A DNA stretch of 32,000 nucleotides from Mycolicibacterium smegmatis (GCF_001457595.1 NZ_LN831039.1:4110001-4142000), one strand, 5' to 3'; shown: positions 20,632 through 29,149, numbered from the stretch's first letter. Notes: generated by a model from the letters alone, not told the origin. Numbers and translations: made by a program.

Positions 20632-21768
20632 TTACATCGGAGGCCAGCTCAGCCCAAGGGGCCGTTCGTGTTCGACCGCGGCTACACGCGCGGCGAGATC
20701 GGCGTCGACGCCCCAGCGGATCAGGGACGCTTCCGTGGTGTCCTGCATCGAGGTCTCTCGGCGCTCTGCCGGAGTGCGCGACAGCACTGGAACAGCGGGT
20801 ACCGCGTCAAGGCGGAAATCAGGGTGGCGACTGGCCACGTAGGGGTGGGCGGCAAGTTCGTCAGGTGCCAGCACCGGTGTCACGCACGCATCGATGTCCG
20901 CGAACACTTCAGCCCACTCGTCACGTGATCGCGTCGCGAACGTTTCTTTCAGTGCTGCCTCGATTTTCGGCCAGTTGTCGCGATCGAACTGATTTGGCAC
21001 CTCGCCCAGGTCCAGGGTCGTCCACAGACGTTCGAAGAATGCGTCCTCCAACGCCCCGACCGCAACATAGCGGCCGTCGGCACATTCGTAACACCGGTAA
21101 GCGGGCATGTTTCCCGCCAGGACACCATCTCCACGGCCAGGTAGAGTGCGGTTTCCCCAGTCGGCAAAAGGCATGGCCATCAACGACATGACGCCGTCGA
21201 TCATGGCCGCGTCGATGTACTGTCCGCGGCCTGAACGTTCTCTTTCGAACAAGGCGGCGAGGATCCCGAACGCCGCGAGCATGCCGCCCCCGGCGAAATC
21301 GGCCAGTGTGTTCAGTGGAGGAATGGGCGGCCCGTCGTGTGGTCCGAAAGCTCCCAGAGCACCACTCACAGCGAGATAGTTGATGTCGTGTCCGGCCCGC
21401 TGCGCGAGCGTGCCGGTCTGGCCGTATCCGGTGACGCTGCAATACACCAACTTCGGGTTGACCTCGGACAAAGCCCGGTAGCCCACGCCGAGACGGTCGG
21501 CCACGCCCGGACGAAATCCTTCGAGGAACACATCGGCCCCTTGGACGAGGGCCTGCAGAGCCCGACGGCCGTCTTCGTTCTTGAGGTCGAGCGTGACGTA
21601 CTCCTTGCCCCGCCCGAACGCCGGCACCGGAAGCCCCGATCGGCCGCCGCCGACCACGACGACATCGGCACCAAGGTCAGCGAGGAGCATGCTGCCGTAT
21701 GGGCCCGGCGAGAGCCGTGACATGTCGACGACCCTGACCTTCGAGAGCGGCCCCGCCTTGGTGGTCAT
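20632..21768 (-). CDS. Family III CoA-transferase / alpha-methylacyl-CoA racemase-like (CaiB/BaiF family)
   Basis: ORF 20632..21861 trimmed to ATG 21768 (MTTKAGPLSKVRVVDMSRLSPGPYGSMLLADLGADVVVV) with a GGGGAGGGG SD. Mcr-like motifs (GHDINYLA). Confidence 0.85.
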   Translation of the reverse strand: MTTKAGPLSKVRVVDMSRLSPGPYGSMLLADLGADVVVVGGGRSGLPVPAFGRGKEYVTLDLKNEDGRRALQALVQGADVFLEGFRPGVADRLGVGYRALSEVNPKLVYCSVTGYGQTGTLAQRAGHDINYLAVSGALGAFGPHDGPPIPPLNTLADFAGGGMLAAFGILAALFERERSGRGQYIDAAMIDGVMSLMAMPFADWGNRTLPGRGDGVLAGNMPAYRCYECADGRYVAVGALEDAFFERLWTTLDLGEVPNQFDRDNWPKIEAALKETFATRSRDEWAEVFADIDACVTPVLAPDELAAHPYVASRHPDFRLDAVPAVPVLSRTPAERRETSMQDTTEASLIRWGVDADLAARVAAVEHERPLGLSWPPM

Positions 21769-21818
21769 CGGCGGACCCCTCCCCAAGTCACCATGATGCA
21801 TCGCCTCATACATCTGAA

Positions 21819-21835
21819 ATATATCTGTGGCATAT
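21819..21835. repeat. 17-bp AT-rich motif ATATATCTGTGGCATAT (copy 1), candidate shared operator or promoter element
   Basis: 15/17 identical to 23513-23529. It lies 51-67 bp upstream of the start codon at 21768 and contains a -10-like TATATT on the minus strand. Confidence 0.45.
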
Positions 21836-21898
21836 CTGGAGGATAGGAAGTCAGCGGTCACAAGGCAAGGGCACCGTGGAAATCTTTTGTAGCCACCT

Positions 21899-22140
21899 AA
21901 TGGGTGTTGATCGGCGTGCCTCGAACGGATAACCGTCCAGCGCGGGGACGCTGATCACCGAGCCGCTGGCCGGTGAGCACTCCTGCCGCCTGGAACGATG
22001 GTCGATTTCTAGGGTTAGATCGTGCCCCGGCCGGTTGGTGAGGTCATCTACAGCGCTCATGGGATGTCGTGCCGGTTCGAGCACTGATCCATTAGGTCGC
22101 CGCCAGATGTCCTTCGGCTCGAACGGTTTCATCCACATCG
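21899..22140 (+). ncRNA. Candidate IS110 bridge (guide) RNA region in the left non-coding end
   Basis: About 260 bp with no credible ORF upstream of the transposase. Stem 22072-22082 / 22117-22126 encloses a 34-nt loop; a second hairpin is at 21952-21979. Loop segment CCATTAGGT (22089-22097) is complementary to the left junction. TGGGATGTC (22060-22068) is identical to the right-flank junction. Extent and ends are unknown. Confidence 0.3.
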
Positions 22141-22158
22141 AGCCAAGGAGGCGATGCG

Positions 22159-23370
22159 ATGCTCTTCGTCGGAGACGACTGGGCAGAAGACCACCACGAC
22201 CTGTACCTGATGAACGAGGCCGGCGACAGGCTGGCCTCACGGCGGCTGCCCGAGGGGCTGGCCGGAATTCGACTACTGCACGATCTCATCGCGGCCCACG
22301 CCGATGACCCCGCTCAGGTCGCCGTCGGAATCGAAACCGACCGCGGACTGTGGGTGGAGGCACTGACCGGCGCCGGTTATCAGGTGTACGCGGTCAATCC
22401 GCTGGCTGTGGCCCGCTATCGCGACCGCCACGCGGTGTCGGGAGCCAAGTCCGATGCCGCCGACGCCAAGCTGTTGGCCGATCTAGTGCGCACCGACCGA
22501 CACAACCACCGTCTGATCGCCGGCGACACACCCGACGCCGAAGCGGTCAAGGTCCTCGCGCGGGCGCATCAGAATCTGATCTGGACCCGCAACCGGCACA
22601 CCAACGCACTGCGCTCGGCACTACGCGAGTACTACCCCGCGGCGCTGGAGGCCTTCGACGATCTGTCCGACCGCGACGCGTTGGCGATCCTCGGACATGC
22701 ACCCGACCCCCGACAAGCATCCAGCCTGAGCCTGGCCAAGATCCGCTCCGCACTCAAAGCTGCTGGGCGCCAACGCAACATCGACATCCGAGCCCAGGAG
22801 ATCCAGGCCGCACTACGATCCGAACAACTCGCAGCACCGGCTGCGGTCACCGCGGCGTTCGCAGCGACAACGCGGGCCACCGTCGGGCTCGTCGTCGAGT
22901 TGAGTCGTCAGATCGACGACCTGGAGAACGAACTGGCCGCGCATTTTGAGACGCACCCGGACGCCGACATCTACCGCTCCCTGCCAGGACTTGGTGTCAT
23001 CCTCGGCGCCCGGGTGCTCGGTGAGTTCGGGGACGACCCGAACCGATACACCAACGCCAAGTGTCGCAAAAACTACGCCGGAACCTCGCCATTGACCATT
23101 GCGTCCGGCAGGAAGCGCGCCGTACTGGCCCGCCACATCCGCAACCGTCGGCTCTACGACGCGATCGACCAGTGGGCCTTCTGCGCGCTAACCCGAAGTC
23201 CCGGAGCTCGACAGTTCTACGACCATCGCCGCGCTGAAGGCGACCTCCATCACCAAGCACTGCGGGCTCTGGGCAACCGCCTCGTCGGCATCCTGCACGG
23301 TTGCCTACGCCACCGGACCCGCTACGACGAACACAAAGCCTGGGCACACCGCACACCTGCCGCCGCTTGA
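22159..23370 (+). CDS. IS110-family transposase/recombinase (DEDD RuvC-like domain + Tnp domain)
   Basis: ATG 22159 is 7 nt after AAGGAGG. 403 aa. GDDWAEDHHD, GIETDRG and SGAKSDAADAKLLADL form the DEDD pattern. C-domain LPGLGVILGARVLGEFGD...YAGTSPLTIASGRK. Confidence 0.93.
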   Translation: MLFVGDDWAEDHHDLYLMNEAGDRLASRRLPEGLAGIRLLHDLIAAHADDPAQVAVGIETDRGLWVEALTGAGYQVYAVNPLAVARYRDRHAVSGAKSDAADAKLLADLVRTDRHNHRLIAGDTPDAEAVKVLARAHQNLIWTRNRHTNALRSALREYYPAALEAFDDLSDRDALAILGHAPDPRQASSLSLAKIRSALKAAGRQRNIDIRAQEIQAALRSEQLAAPAAVTAAFAATTRATVGLVVELSRQIDDLENELAAHFETHPDADIYRSLPGLGVILGARVLGEFGDDPNRYTNAKCRKNYAGTSPLTIASGRKRAVLARHIRNRRLYDAIDQWAFCALTRSPGARQFYDHRRAEGDLHHQALRALGNRLVGILHGCLRHRTRYDEHKAWAHRTPAAA

Positions 23371-23512
23371 CAACTTACGCACCTGGGATGTCTAACCTGG
23401 TGCGCATCAGTAGATTTCAATATCAATAGTCGACGGAGCCAGGGTCCGTCGCCACCGTCGCCATCCTTGCGTCTCGTAGCTGAAAGCTACCCTTGTCACA
23501 CCTTCCCGCCTG

Positions 23513-23539
23513 ATATATCTTCGGCATATTACGAATATG
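23513..23539. repeat. 17-bp motif ATATATCTTCGGCATAT (copy 2) overlapping the palindrome CATATT-ACG-AATATG
   Basis: Motif at 23513-23529, 54-70 bp upstream of ATG 23583. The palindrome at 23525-23539 has perfect 6-bp arms. AT-rich island in GC-rich DNA. Confidence 0.45.
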
Positions 23540-23582
23540 GCAGGGCTGATGCAGGCCGTCATCGTCGAGGAAGGCACACGAT

Positions 23583-24914
23583 ATGAACCAGGCTCTCGAC
23601 CGGAAAAGAACCCGCCGTGCGTTCGCGGGGGCGATCAGCGGACATCTCATCGAGTGGTACGACTACGGCGTTTACGGATTCCTCGCCGTCTACGTCGGCG
23701 CCGCGTTCTTCGCCTCTGAGGATCCTTTGGTGAACATGCTCAGTAGTTTTGCGGTGTTCGCCCTGAGCTTCTTCGCTCGTCCGATCGGCGGACTGATCCT
23801 GGGCCCCCTCGCCGACCGGATCGGCAGACGAACCGCTTTGGTCGTGGCCCTGATCATGATGTCCGTCGCGGGATGCGTGATCGGGCTCATTCCCAGTTAC
23901 GACACCATCGGAATCGCCGCACCCATTCTGCTCGTGATCGCCCGTCTGTTCCAGGGACTTTCGGCCGGCGGCGAATACGGGACCGTCGCAGCCTTCCTTT
24001 CGGAGTTCGCCCGGCCGCGCCGACGCGCATTCGCGACCTGCTGGTCGCAAATCGTGGCCATCTGCGGGCTCTTACTGGGCGCCGGTATCGCCAACGGCAT
24101 GACGTTCGTGCTCGGGCCCGAGCGGATGTACGACGGCGCATGGCGGATTCCGTTCCTGCTCTGTGGTCCGCTCGGGGTGATCGCCCTGATCATCCGACTG
24201 AGACTGGAGGAAAGCCCGGAATTCAAGGCCATCACCGAACGCAACGAGGCCTCCCAGACGCCACTGCGTGAACTCCGGGGATATGTTCGTCCCGTTCTGT
24301 TGGTGCTCGGTGTCTGCACCCTCCACAGCTCGATCTTCTACCTGGTGCTCACCTACATGAGCAGCTTCTTGACTGCGAACATGGATTTCAGCAGCGGCGA
24401 CGTGTTCTGGTGGACACTCGGTACCGGCCTGCTTGTCTGTGTGGTGATGCCGCTCGGCGCGATGTATTCGGATCGGGTGGGGCGACGACGGTTCCTGCTT
24501 CCGATTGGCGTCGCAGCCACCGTAGCCATGGTCGGCGTGTTCGTCGCGGCGGACCACGGGTCACGCCCAACCTTCTTGGCTTCACTTGTGGCAGTGTCCT
24601 TGTGCTTCGGGTTGTTCAACTCGTCCACGACGGCGCTGATCACGGAGTTGCTTCCTACCCAGGTCCGCACCACAGGGGTGGCGCTCGGCTACAACCTCGC
24701 TGTCGCCATCTTCGGGGGCAGTGCTCCGTTCATCGCCACCTACTTGGTCTCCCAGACCGGGAGCATCGCCTCTCCTGCCTACTTCTTCGCTCTGACCGGG
24801 CTCGTATCGATCGCGGCGCTTGCAGTGCTGCGACCGAACGACCTGTACGACGAGTCCCCCGCCGCGCCCACCGAAACCGTTCGACGCGGAACGAATTCAG
24901 TACCTACCCCGTGA
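23583..24914 (+). CDS. MFS transporter, metabolite:H+ symporter (MHS) family
   Basis: ATG 23583 is 8 nt after GAGGAAGG. 443 aa. MHS hallmark GHLIEWYDYGVYGFLA and the loop motif GPLADRIGRR. About 12 TM segments. Confidence 0.9.
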   Translation: MNQALDRKRTRRAFAGAISGHLIEWYDYGVYGFLAVYVGAAFFASEDPLVNMLSSFAVFALSFFARPIGGLILGPLADRIGRRTALVVALIMMSVAGCVIGLIPSYDTIGIAAPILLVIARLFQGLSAGGEYGTVAAFLSEFARPRRRAFATCWSQIVAICGLLLGAGIANGMTFVLGPERMYDGAWRIPFLLCGPLGVIALIIRLRLEESPEFKAITERNEASQTPLRELRGYVRPVLLVLGVCTLHSSIFYLVLTYMSSFLTANMDFSSGDVFWWTLGTGLLVCVVMPLGAMYSDRVGRRRFLLPIGVAATVAMVGVFVAADHGSRPTFLASLVAVSLCFGLFNSSTTALITELLPTQVRTTGVALGYNLAVAIFGGSAPFIATYLVSQTGSIASPAYFFALTGLVSIAALAVLRPNDLYDESPAAPTETVRRGTNSVPTP

Positions 24915-24960
24915 GGTGGCACCTCATTGACCGGAGCACCACCACCGCAAGGAGCATCGT

Positions 24961-26592
24961 ATGATCCCCGATCCAGAGTCACGCGTATACGAGCTGCTGC
25001 GTCAGTACGACGAACCGACCGCGTGCGCAGCAACCCTCATATGTGATCGGCATCCCGATGATGATGTCGCATTCACCGTTGTCGAACCTGATTTGTCAGC
25101 AGCCGATCTCACGTACGGTCAACTACGAGAACAGTCCACAAAGTTCGCAGCGGCACTGTCGGAACTCGGCATCGGGCCAGGCGACCACGTCGCAACGTTG
25201 ATGGGTAAGTCGGCCGAGCTCGTGGTGGCGCTCCTCGGTATCTGGCGTCGCGGTGCGATCCACGTCCCGTTGTTCACTGCCTTCGCCCCGCCTGCAATCA
25301 CCCATAGGCTTCGCGCCAGCGATGCCAGGCTGGTGATCTGCGACGCCGACCAGCTCCACAAGATCACACACGACGACAGCGCGCCCTCGCCTGCGCCGTG
25401 GCGCGTCGTGGTTGCGGGACCGTCCACCACCGACGACGTCCTAGAACTGGCCGGGCTCATCAGGAGGCACGACGGGGTGAGCACTGCAGAGATGACCGCC
25501 GTCACCGGCGGATCCGGGACGTTGGTGGAACTGTTCACCAGCGGAACCACCGGATCTCCGAAAGGGGTTGCGGTCCCACTGCGAGCGCTCGCGTCGTTCC
25601 ACGCATACCAGGAGTTCGGCCTCGACGTCCGCCGAGAGGACGTCTTCTGGAACGCCGCCGACCCAGGATGGGCCTACGGGCTTTACTACGCGATTCTCAG
25701 CCCACTCGCCACCGGAACCCGCAGCATCCTGCTCCACGCCGGATTCTCACCGCCTCTGGTATGGCGGGTGATGGAACGCTTTGGGGTCACCAACTTCACC
25801 GCGGCACCCACCGTCTATCGGAGCCTGCTGACCGATCCAACCTCGGTCCCACCGACGGTACGGCTGCGGCGAGCCTCGTCGGCAGGTGAACCGCTGACCC
25901 CTGATGTCATCTCATGGTCGCGTGCCAATCTCGGCGTCCTTGTCCGAGATCACTACGGGCAGACAGAACATGGGATGTTCATTGCGAACGCCTGGGCCGA
26001 CGGCCTCCGAGACGAGGTGCACGAAGGGTCGATGGGTGCCGTACTGCCGGGCTGGCGATGCAACGTGCTCGATCTCAACACGGTGACCGCAGCGCCATCA
26101 CGAAGGATGGGTCGAGTTGCAATCGACGCCCACAACAGCCCGCTGATGTGGTTCAACGGCTACACGAACGCCCCAGACAAGACTGCGGAGCGCTTCACGC
26201 CGGATGGGCATTGGTATCTGACCGGAGACATCGGGCATGTCGACGATGAAGGAAAATTCCACTTCTGCGGTCGCGACGACGATGTGATCATCATGGCCGG
26301 CTACCGGATCGGGCCATTCGATGTGGAGAGCGTTCTCGTCATGCATCCAAGTGTCATCGAGGCTGCGGTTGTCGCCCGACCCGATCACCTTCGCGGCGAG
26401 GTGCTCGAAGCCTTTGTCGTGCTCCGCGAGGGCACCGAGGGATCCGAAGACCTCGAAAAGGAGCTGCAGACCTTGGTGAAGAAGAAGTACGCGGCCCACG
26501 CCTATCCCCGCACCGTCCATTTCGTCACAGAGCTACCGAAGACCTCCAGCGGCAAGGTCCAACGCCACCTCCTCCGCCGAGGCATGTTGTGA
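24961..26592 (+). CDS. AMP-forming acyl-CoA synthetase/ligase (adenylate-forming superfamily)
   Basis: ATG 24961 is 6 nt after AAGGAG. 543 aa. Motifs LFTSGTTGSPKGV, YGQTE, LTGDIGHVDDEG and PKTSSGKVQR. Confidence 0.9.
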   Translation: MIPDPESRVYELLRQYDEPTACAATLICDRHPDDDVAFTVVEPDLSAADLTYGQLREQSTKFAAALSELGIGPGDHVATLMGKSAELVVALLGIWRRGAIHVPLFTAFAPPAITHRLRASDARLVICDADQLHKITHDDSAPSPAPWRVVVAGPSTTDDVLELAGLIRRHDGVSTAEMTAVTGGSGTLVELFTSGTTGSPKGVAVPLRALASFHAYQEFGLDVRREDVFWNAADPGWAYGLYYAILSPLATGTRSILLHAGFSPPLVWRVMERFGVTNFTAAPTVYRSLLTDPTSVPPTVRLRRASSAGEPLTPDVISWSRANLGVLVRDHYGQTEHGMFIANAWADGLRDEVHEGSMGAVLPGWRCNVLDLNTVTAAPSRRMGRVAIDAHNSPLMWFNGYTNAPDKTAERFTPDGHWYLTGDIGHVDDEGKFHFCGRDDDVIIMAGYRIGPFDVESVLVMHPSVIEAAVVARPDHLRGEVLEAFVVLREGTEGSEDLEKELQTLVKKKYAAHAYPRTVHFVTELPKTSSGKVQRHLLRRGML

Positions 26593-26646
26593 CTGGGCAC
26601 CCAACCAGATTGACCAATCATCCAGCAACGAAAGGTGTTGTCCTCC

Positions 26647-28020
26647 ATGAGCTCGAACGCCCACAACGTCGCTCCTGCCTGGGCTCTGTCGGCGATCTAT
26701 CCTCTGCAAAACGACCTTCCTGTCCTCGCCGAAACCGACGTGCTCGTCGTCGGCGCGGGAGCTTCCGGCGTCGCTGCGGCGACGACCGCCGCCGAGGCCG
26801 GAAAAAGCGTCCTGATCGTCGAGAAATACGGTTTCGCAGGCGGGGCGGCAGTTGCCGGTATGTCCGGGACGATCTGCGGCATGTACTACGCCACGGCACG
26901 TCCTCGACAGCCCGAGCAGGTGGTGTACGGGTTCACCGAGCGGTTCCGGTCCGCCCTAGCAGCGCGCGGCGGACTGACCGAACCTCAGCTGTATGGCAAG
27001 ACTTTCACCTGTGCGCACGATCCGCACATGTGGGCCGAGGTGGCTGATGAGTTCCTCGAGAATGCGGGAGTACGGATCCTTTTCCATACCGCGGTCACCG
27101 GCGTCGTCATGGACGGTGACCGGTACGCCGGTGTCGTACTCGAATCAAACGCCGGCCGCAGCGTTGTTCTCGCCCAACGTACGATCGACGCGTCCGGAGA
27201 TGCCGCAGTTGTCAGTCGAGCCAACGGCGCCTACTACTTCGGCGCAGACGGACGCATTCAGAACCCGACGATGTTCTTCAGGCTCGCAGACGTCGACATC
27301 GACGAGTTCGACGAGTATTACGGCCAGGACACGATCTGCCCGCCGAAGCTGACCGACATGATCGAGCAAGAACGCAAGGCAGGTGCGAATCTTCCTCGCA
27401 GCCGGATCTGGGTCTTCCGCACTCCTCGCCGGAATGAGTTGATGGTCAACGCTACCCGGGTCGCGGGCAGGGATGGTCGCGCACTCAATGTGATCGACCC
27501 CGAGGACTTCACCGAAGGCGAGGTTGTCGGTCGGCGTCAGGCCCGCGAATACGCCGATTTCTTCCGGAAACACGTCCCAGGCTGTGCGTCGAGCTACCTG
27601 GAAGACACAGGCACCGAGGTCGGCGTCAGGCAGACCCGCAGCATCGTCGGACACGAAACGCTCCGCAACGATGATGTACTCCAGGGGCGTAAGCGTGACG
27701 ACGGTATCTGCCGGGTCCCGTGGCCCATCGAACTGCACGACAGCAAGGGCTCTAACCTGCACTGGCTTCTCGACGATTACTACGAGGTTCCCTATCTGTC
27801 CCTGGTTCCGGTGGCCGGCGAGAACATCATCGTCGCCGGCCGGTGCCTGAGTGCCGAACATGAAGCACTCGCGTCGGCCCGGGTCACGGCTCAGTGCTTC
27901 GAGTACGGACACGCGGCCGGAGTGGCCTCCGTTCTGTCGCTCGACGAGAATCTGCCGTACGCCAAGATCGACGGGCGGGCAGTCCGAAATGCCATGGCCG
28001 CCAACGGGAGCGCTCTCTAG
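26647..28020 (+). CDS. FAD-dependent oxidoreductase (FAD_oxidored/GIDA-like fold, unknown substrate)
   Basis: ORF 26635..28020; ATG 26647 is preferred (AAAGG 11 nt upstream). Dinucleotide-binding VLVVGAGASGVAAATTAAEAGKSVLIVEKYGFAGG. Confidence 0.8.
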   Translation: MSSNAHNVAPAWALSAIYPLQNDLPVLAETDVLVVGAGASGVAAATTAAEAGKSVLIVEKYGFAGGAAVAGMSGTICGMYYATARPRQPEQVVYGFTERFRSALAARGGLTEPQLYGKTFTCAHDPHMWAEVADEFLENAGVRILFHTAVTGVVMDGDRYAGVVLESNAGRSVVLAQRTIDASGDAAVVSRANGAYYFGADGRIQNPTMFFRLADVDIDEFDEYYGQDTICPPKLTDMIEQERKAGANLPRSRIWVFRTPRRNELMVNATRVAGRDGRALNVIDPEDFTEGEVVGRRQAREYADFFRKHVPGCASSYLEDTGTEVGVRQTRSIVGHETLRNDDVLQGRKRDDGICRVPWPIELHDSKGSNLHWLLDDYYEVPYLSLVPVAGENIIVAGRCLSAEHEALASARVTAQCFEYGHAAGVASVLSLDENLPYAKIDGRAVRNAMAANGSAL

Positions 28021-28039
28021 ACCGCGAAATCGACTGTGG

Positions 28040-29041
28040 TCACACGGGAGTGACCACGACTCCGGTGGCCCTACCCGTCGGGTCGAGCATCCAGCCCATG
28101 CGCTTGCGGGTACGCAGGTTGACGCCGCTGTCGCGGATCGACAGCCACGGCAACCGCTCGCCTATCCGGCGTTCCAAACGGGTGATGTCGGCCAGCGAAC
28201 TCGTCCACACCGTGAACGCGATCGTGGCGTCCCCGGTGATCGAGGCGCACATCCGCAGTTCCGACAGCGTCGACAACGCGGCCACCGTGCGTTCCTGATC
28301 GGCGGGCGACACCGACACCAGCCACGTACTGCTGATCGGATGACCCGAAACCAATTGCGCCACCTCGCACCGGAACGCCACCGTCCCGGACGCCAGCAGC
28401 CGGGCAAGCTGGCGTCGCACGGTCGCCGGATTTCGCCCCGTCACCCGCGCGCAATCCGCGGCGCTCGCTCGCCCGTCGGCGGCGAGAACCTCACGTAGCG
28501 GACCGTCGTCCTCGGGTGGACGCACGCTGCGCGACGGGCGCATCGCCGCGGCTGCGGCCTCGAACGCCGACTCCTGCCGGCGGTCCAGCGCGCCGAGCCG
28601 CCAGTCACCGCCGTGCCGATGCAACGTGGTGATCAATGAGGTGCGCTGCGTCTGTACTCCGGGTTGTGAACTCAGGTCGTCGAGCACGAATTCGGTCAGC
28701 CCCTCGAGGTCGCGAGTGAGAGCGGTGACGAGCAGATCACGTCCGCGCGTGGACTCCTCGACCGTGACCGCCCTGCGGTCGGCGCAGATCGCGGTGACCA
28801 CGTCGGCGCGGGCCCCGGGCACGCAGTCGACCTCGATGAGCGCCATGACGGGCGCCGGATTGCCACCCCGGTGCGCGGTGATCCAGGCCAGGCCCTCCCG
28901 ACGCAGGCGTGCCCAGCGAGCAGCGAGCGTGGCTGGGGTCGTGCGCAGTATCCGCGCCGCGTCCGCCCAGCTGATTCGCGGCGCGATCTGCAGACCGTGC
29001 AACAACTCCAGATCCGATTCGGTCACCACTTCGGAATGCAC
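28040..29041 (-). CDS. Tandem (double-module) Lrp/AsnC-family transcriptional regulator
   Basis: ORF 28040..29344 trimmed to GTG 29041, with a GAGGAG SD 7 nt upstream. 333 aa. Two HTH_AsnC modules (LELLHGLQIAPRISWADAARILRTTPATLAARWARLRREG and LREVLAADGRASAADCARVTGRNPATVRRQLARLLASG), each followed by a RAM-like domain. Confidence 0.8.
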   Translation of the reverse strand: MHSEVVTESDLELLHGLQIAPRISWADAARILRTTPATLAARWARLRREGLAWITAHRGGNPAPVMALIEVDCVPGARADVVTAICADRRAVTVEESTRGRDLLVTALTRDLEGLTEFVLDDLSSQPGVQTQRTSLITTLHRHGGDWRLGALDRRQESAFEAAAAAMRPSRSVRPPEDDGPLREVLAADGRASAADCARVTGRNPATVRRQLARLLASGTVAFRCEVAQLVSGHPISSTWLVSVSPADQERTVAALSTLSELRMCASITGDATIAFTVWTSSLADITRLERRIGERLPWLSIRDSGVNLRTRKRMGWMLDPTGRATGVVVTPV

Positions 29042-29149
29042 GAGAACGCTCCTCAAACAGATTTCTATGCACGAATCACGGCAATTTTCGCTCGCATCAC
29101 GTGGTGACCACAAACTACCCGCACTGTCCGCCAGTGAGAGGAAGCAAGA

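Larger units (their letters stand above)
21894..23384 (+). mobile_element. IS110-family insertion sequence (~1.49 kb) with a long non-coding left end and a very short right end; boundaries predicted, not proven
   Basis: DEDD transposase at 22159-23370. The element lies in the gap between two divergent operons. CACCT occurs at 21894-21898 and 23380-23384, giving a 1486-bp element (one copy counted). Size and architecture fit the IS110 subgroup. Confidence 0.55.

Noticed and set aside
23367-23396. Perfect -35 hexamer TTGACA overlapping the transposase stop codon, considered as the RE half of a circle-junction promoter or as an outward promoter into the MHS operon
   Set aside because: With the CACCT junction model, no acceptable -10 falls 16-18 nt downstream in the joined sequence. 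In the linear context the best -10 (TCTAAC, 18-nt spacer) lacks the key A2 and T6. It is worth testing experimentally but is not supported from sequence alone.
21876-23420. GGAAATCT (21878-21885) and AGATTTC (23412-23418) as possible terminal inverted repeats of the IS
   Set aside because: Only a 7-bp core matches (12/21 over the extended alignment). By my estimate a 7-mer inverted match between windows of this size is expected by chance about half the time. IS110-family elements also typically lack terminal IRs. The CACCT-based junctions fit size and architecture better.
23431-23490. Two hairpins downstream of the transposase, CGACGGA-gccaggg-TCCGTCG (23431-23451) and GTAGCT-gaa-AGCTAC (23476-23490), considered as IS terminators or as the IS right end
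   Set aside because: They are short stems without U-tracts. Under the preferred junction model they belong to the native upstream region of the MHS gene. I cannot tell a regulatory role from chance structure in GC-rich DNA.
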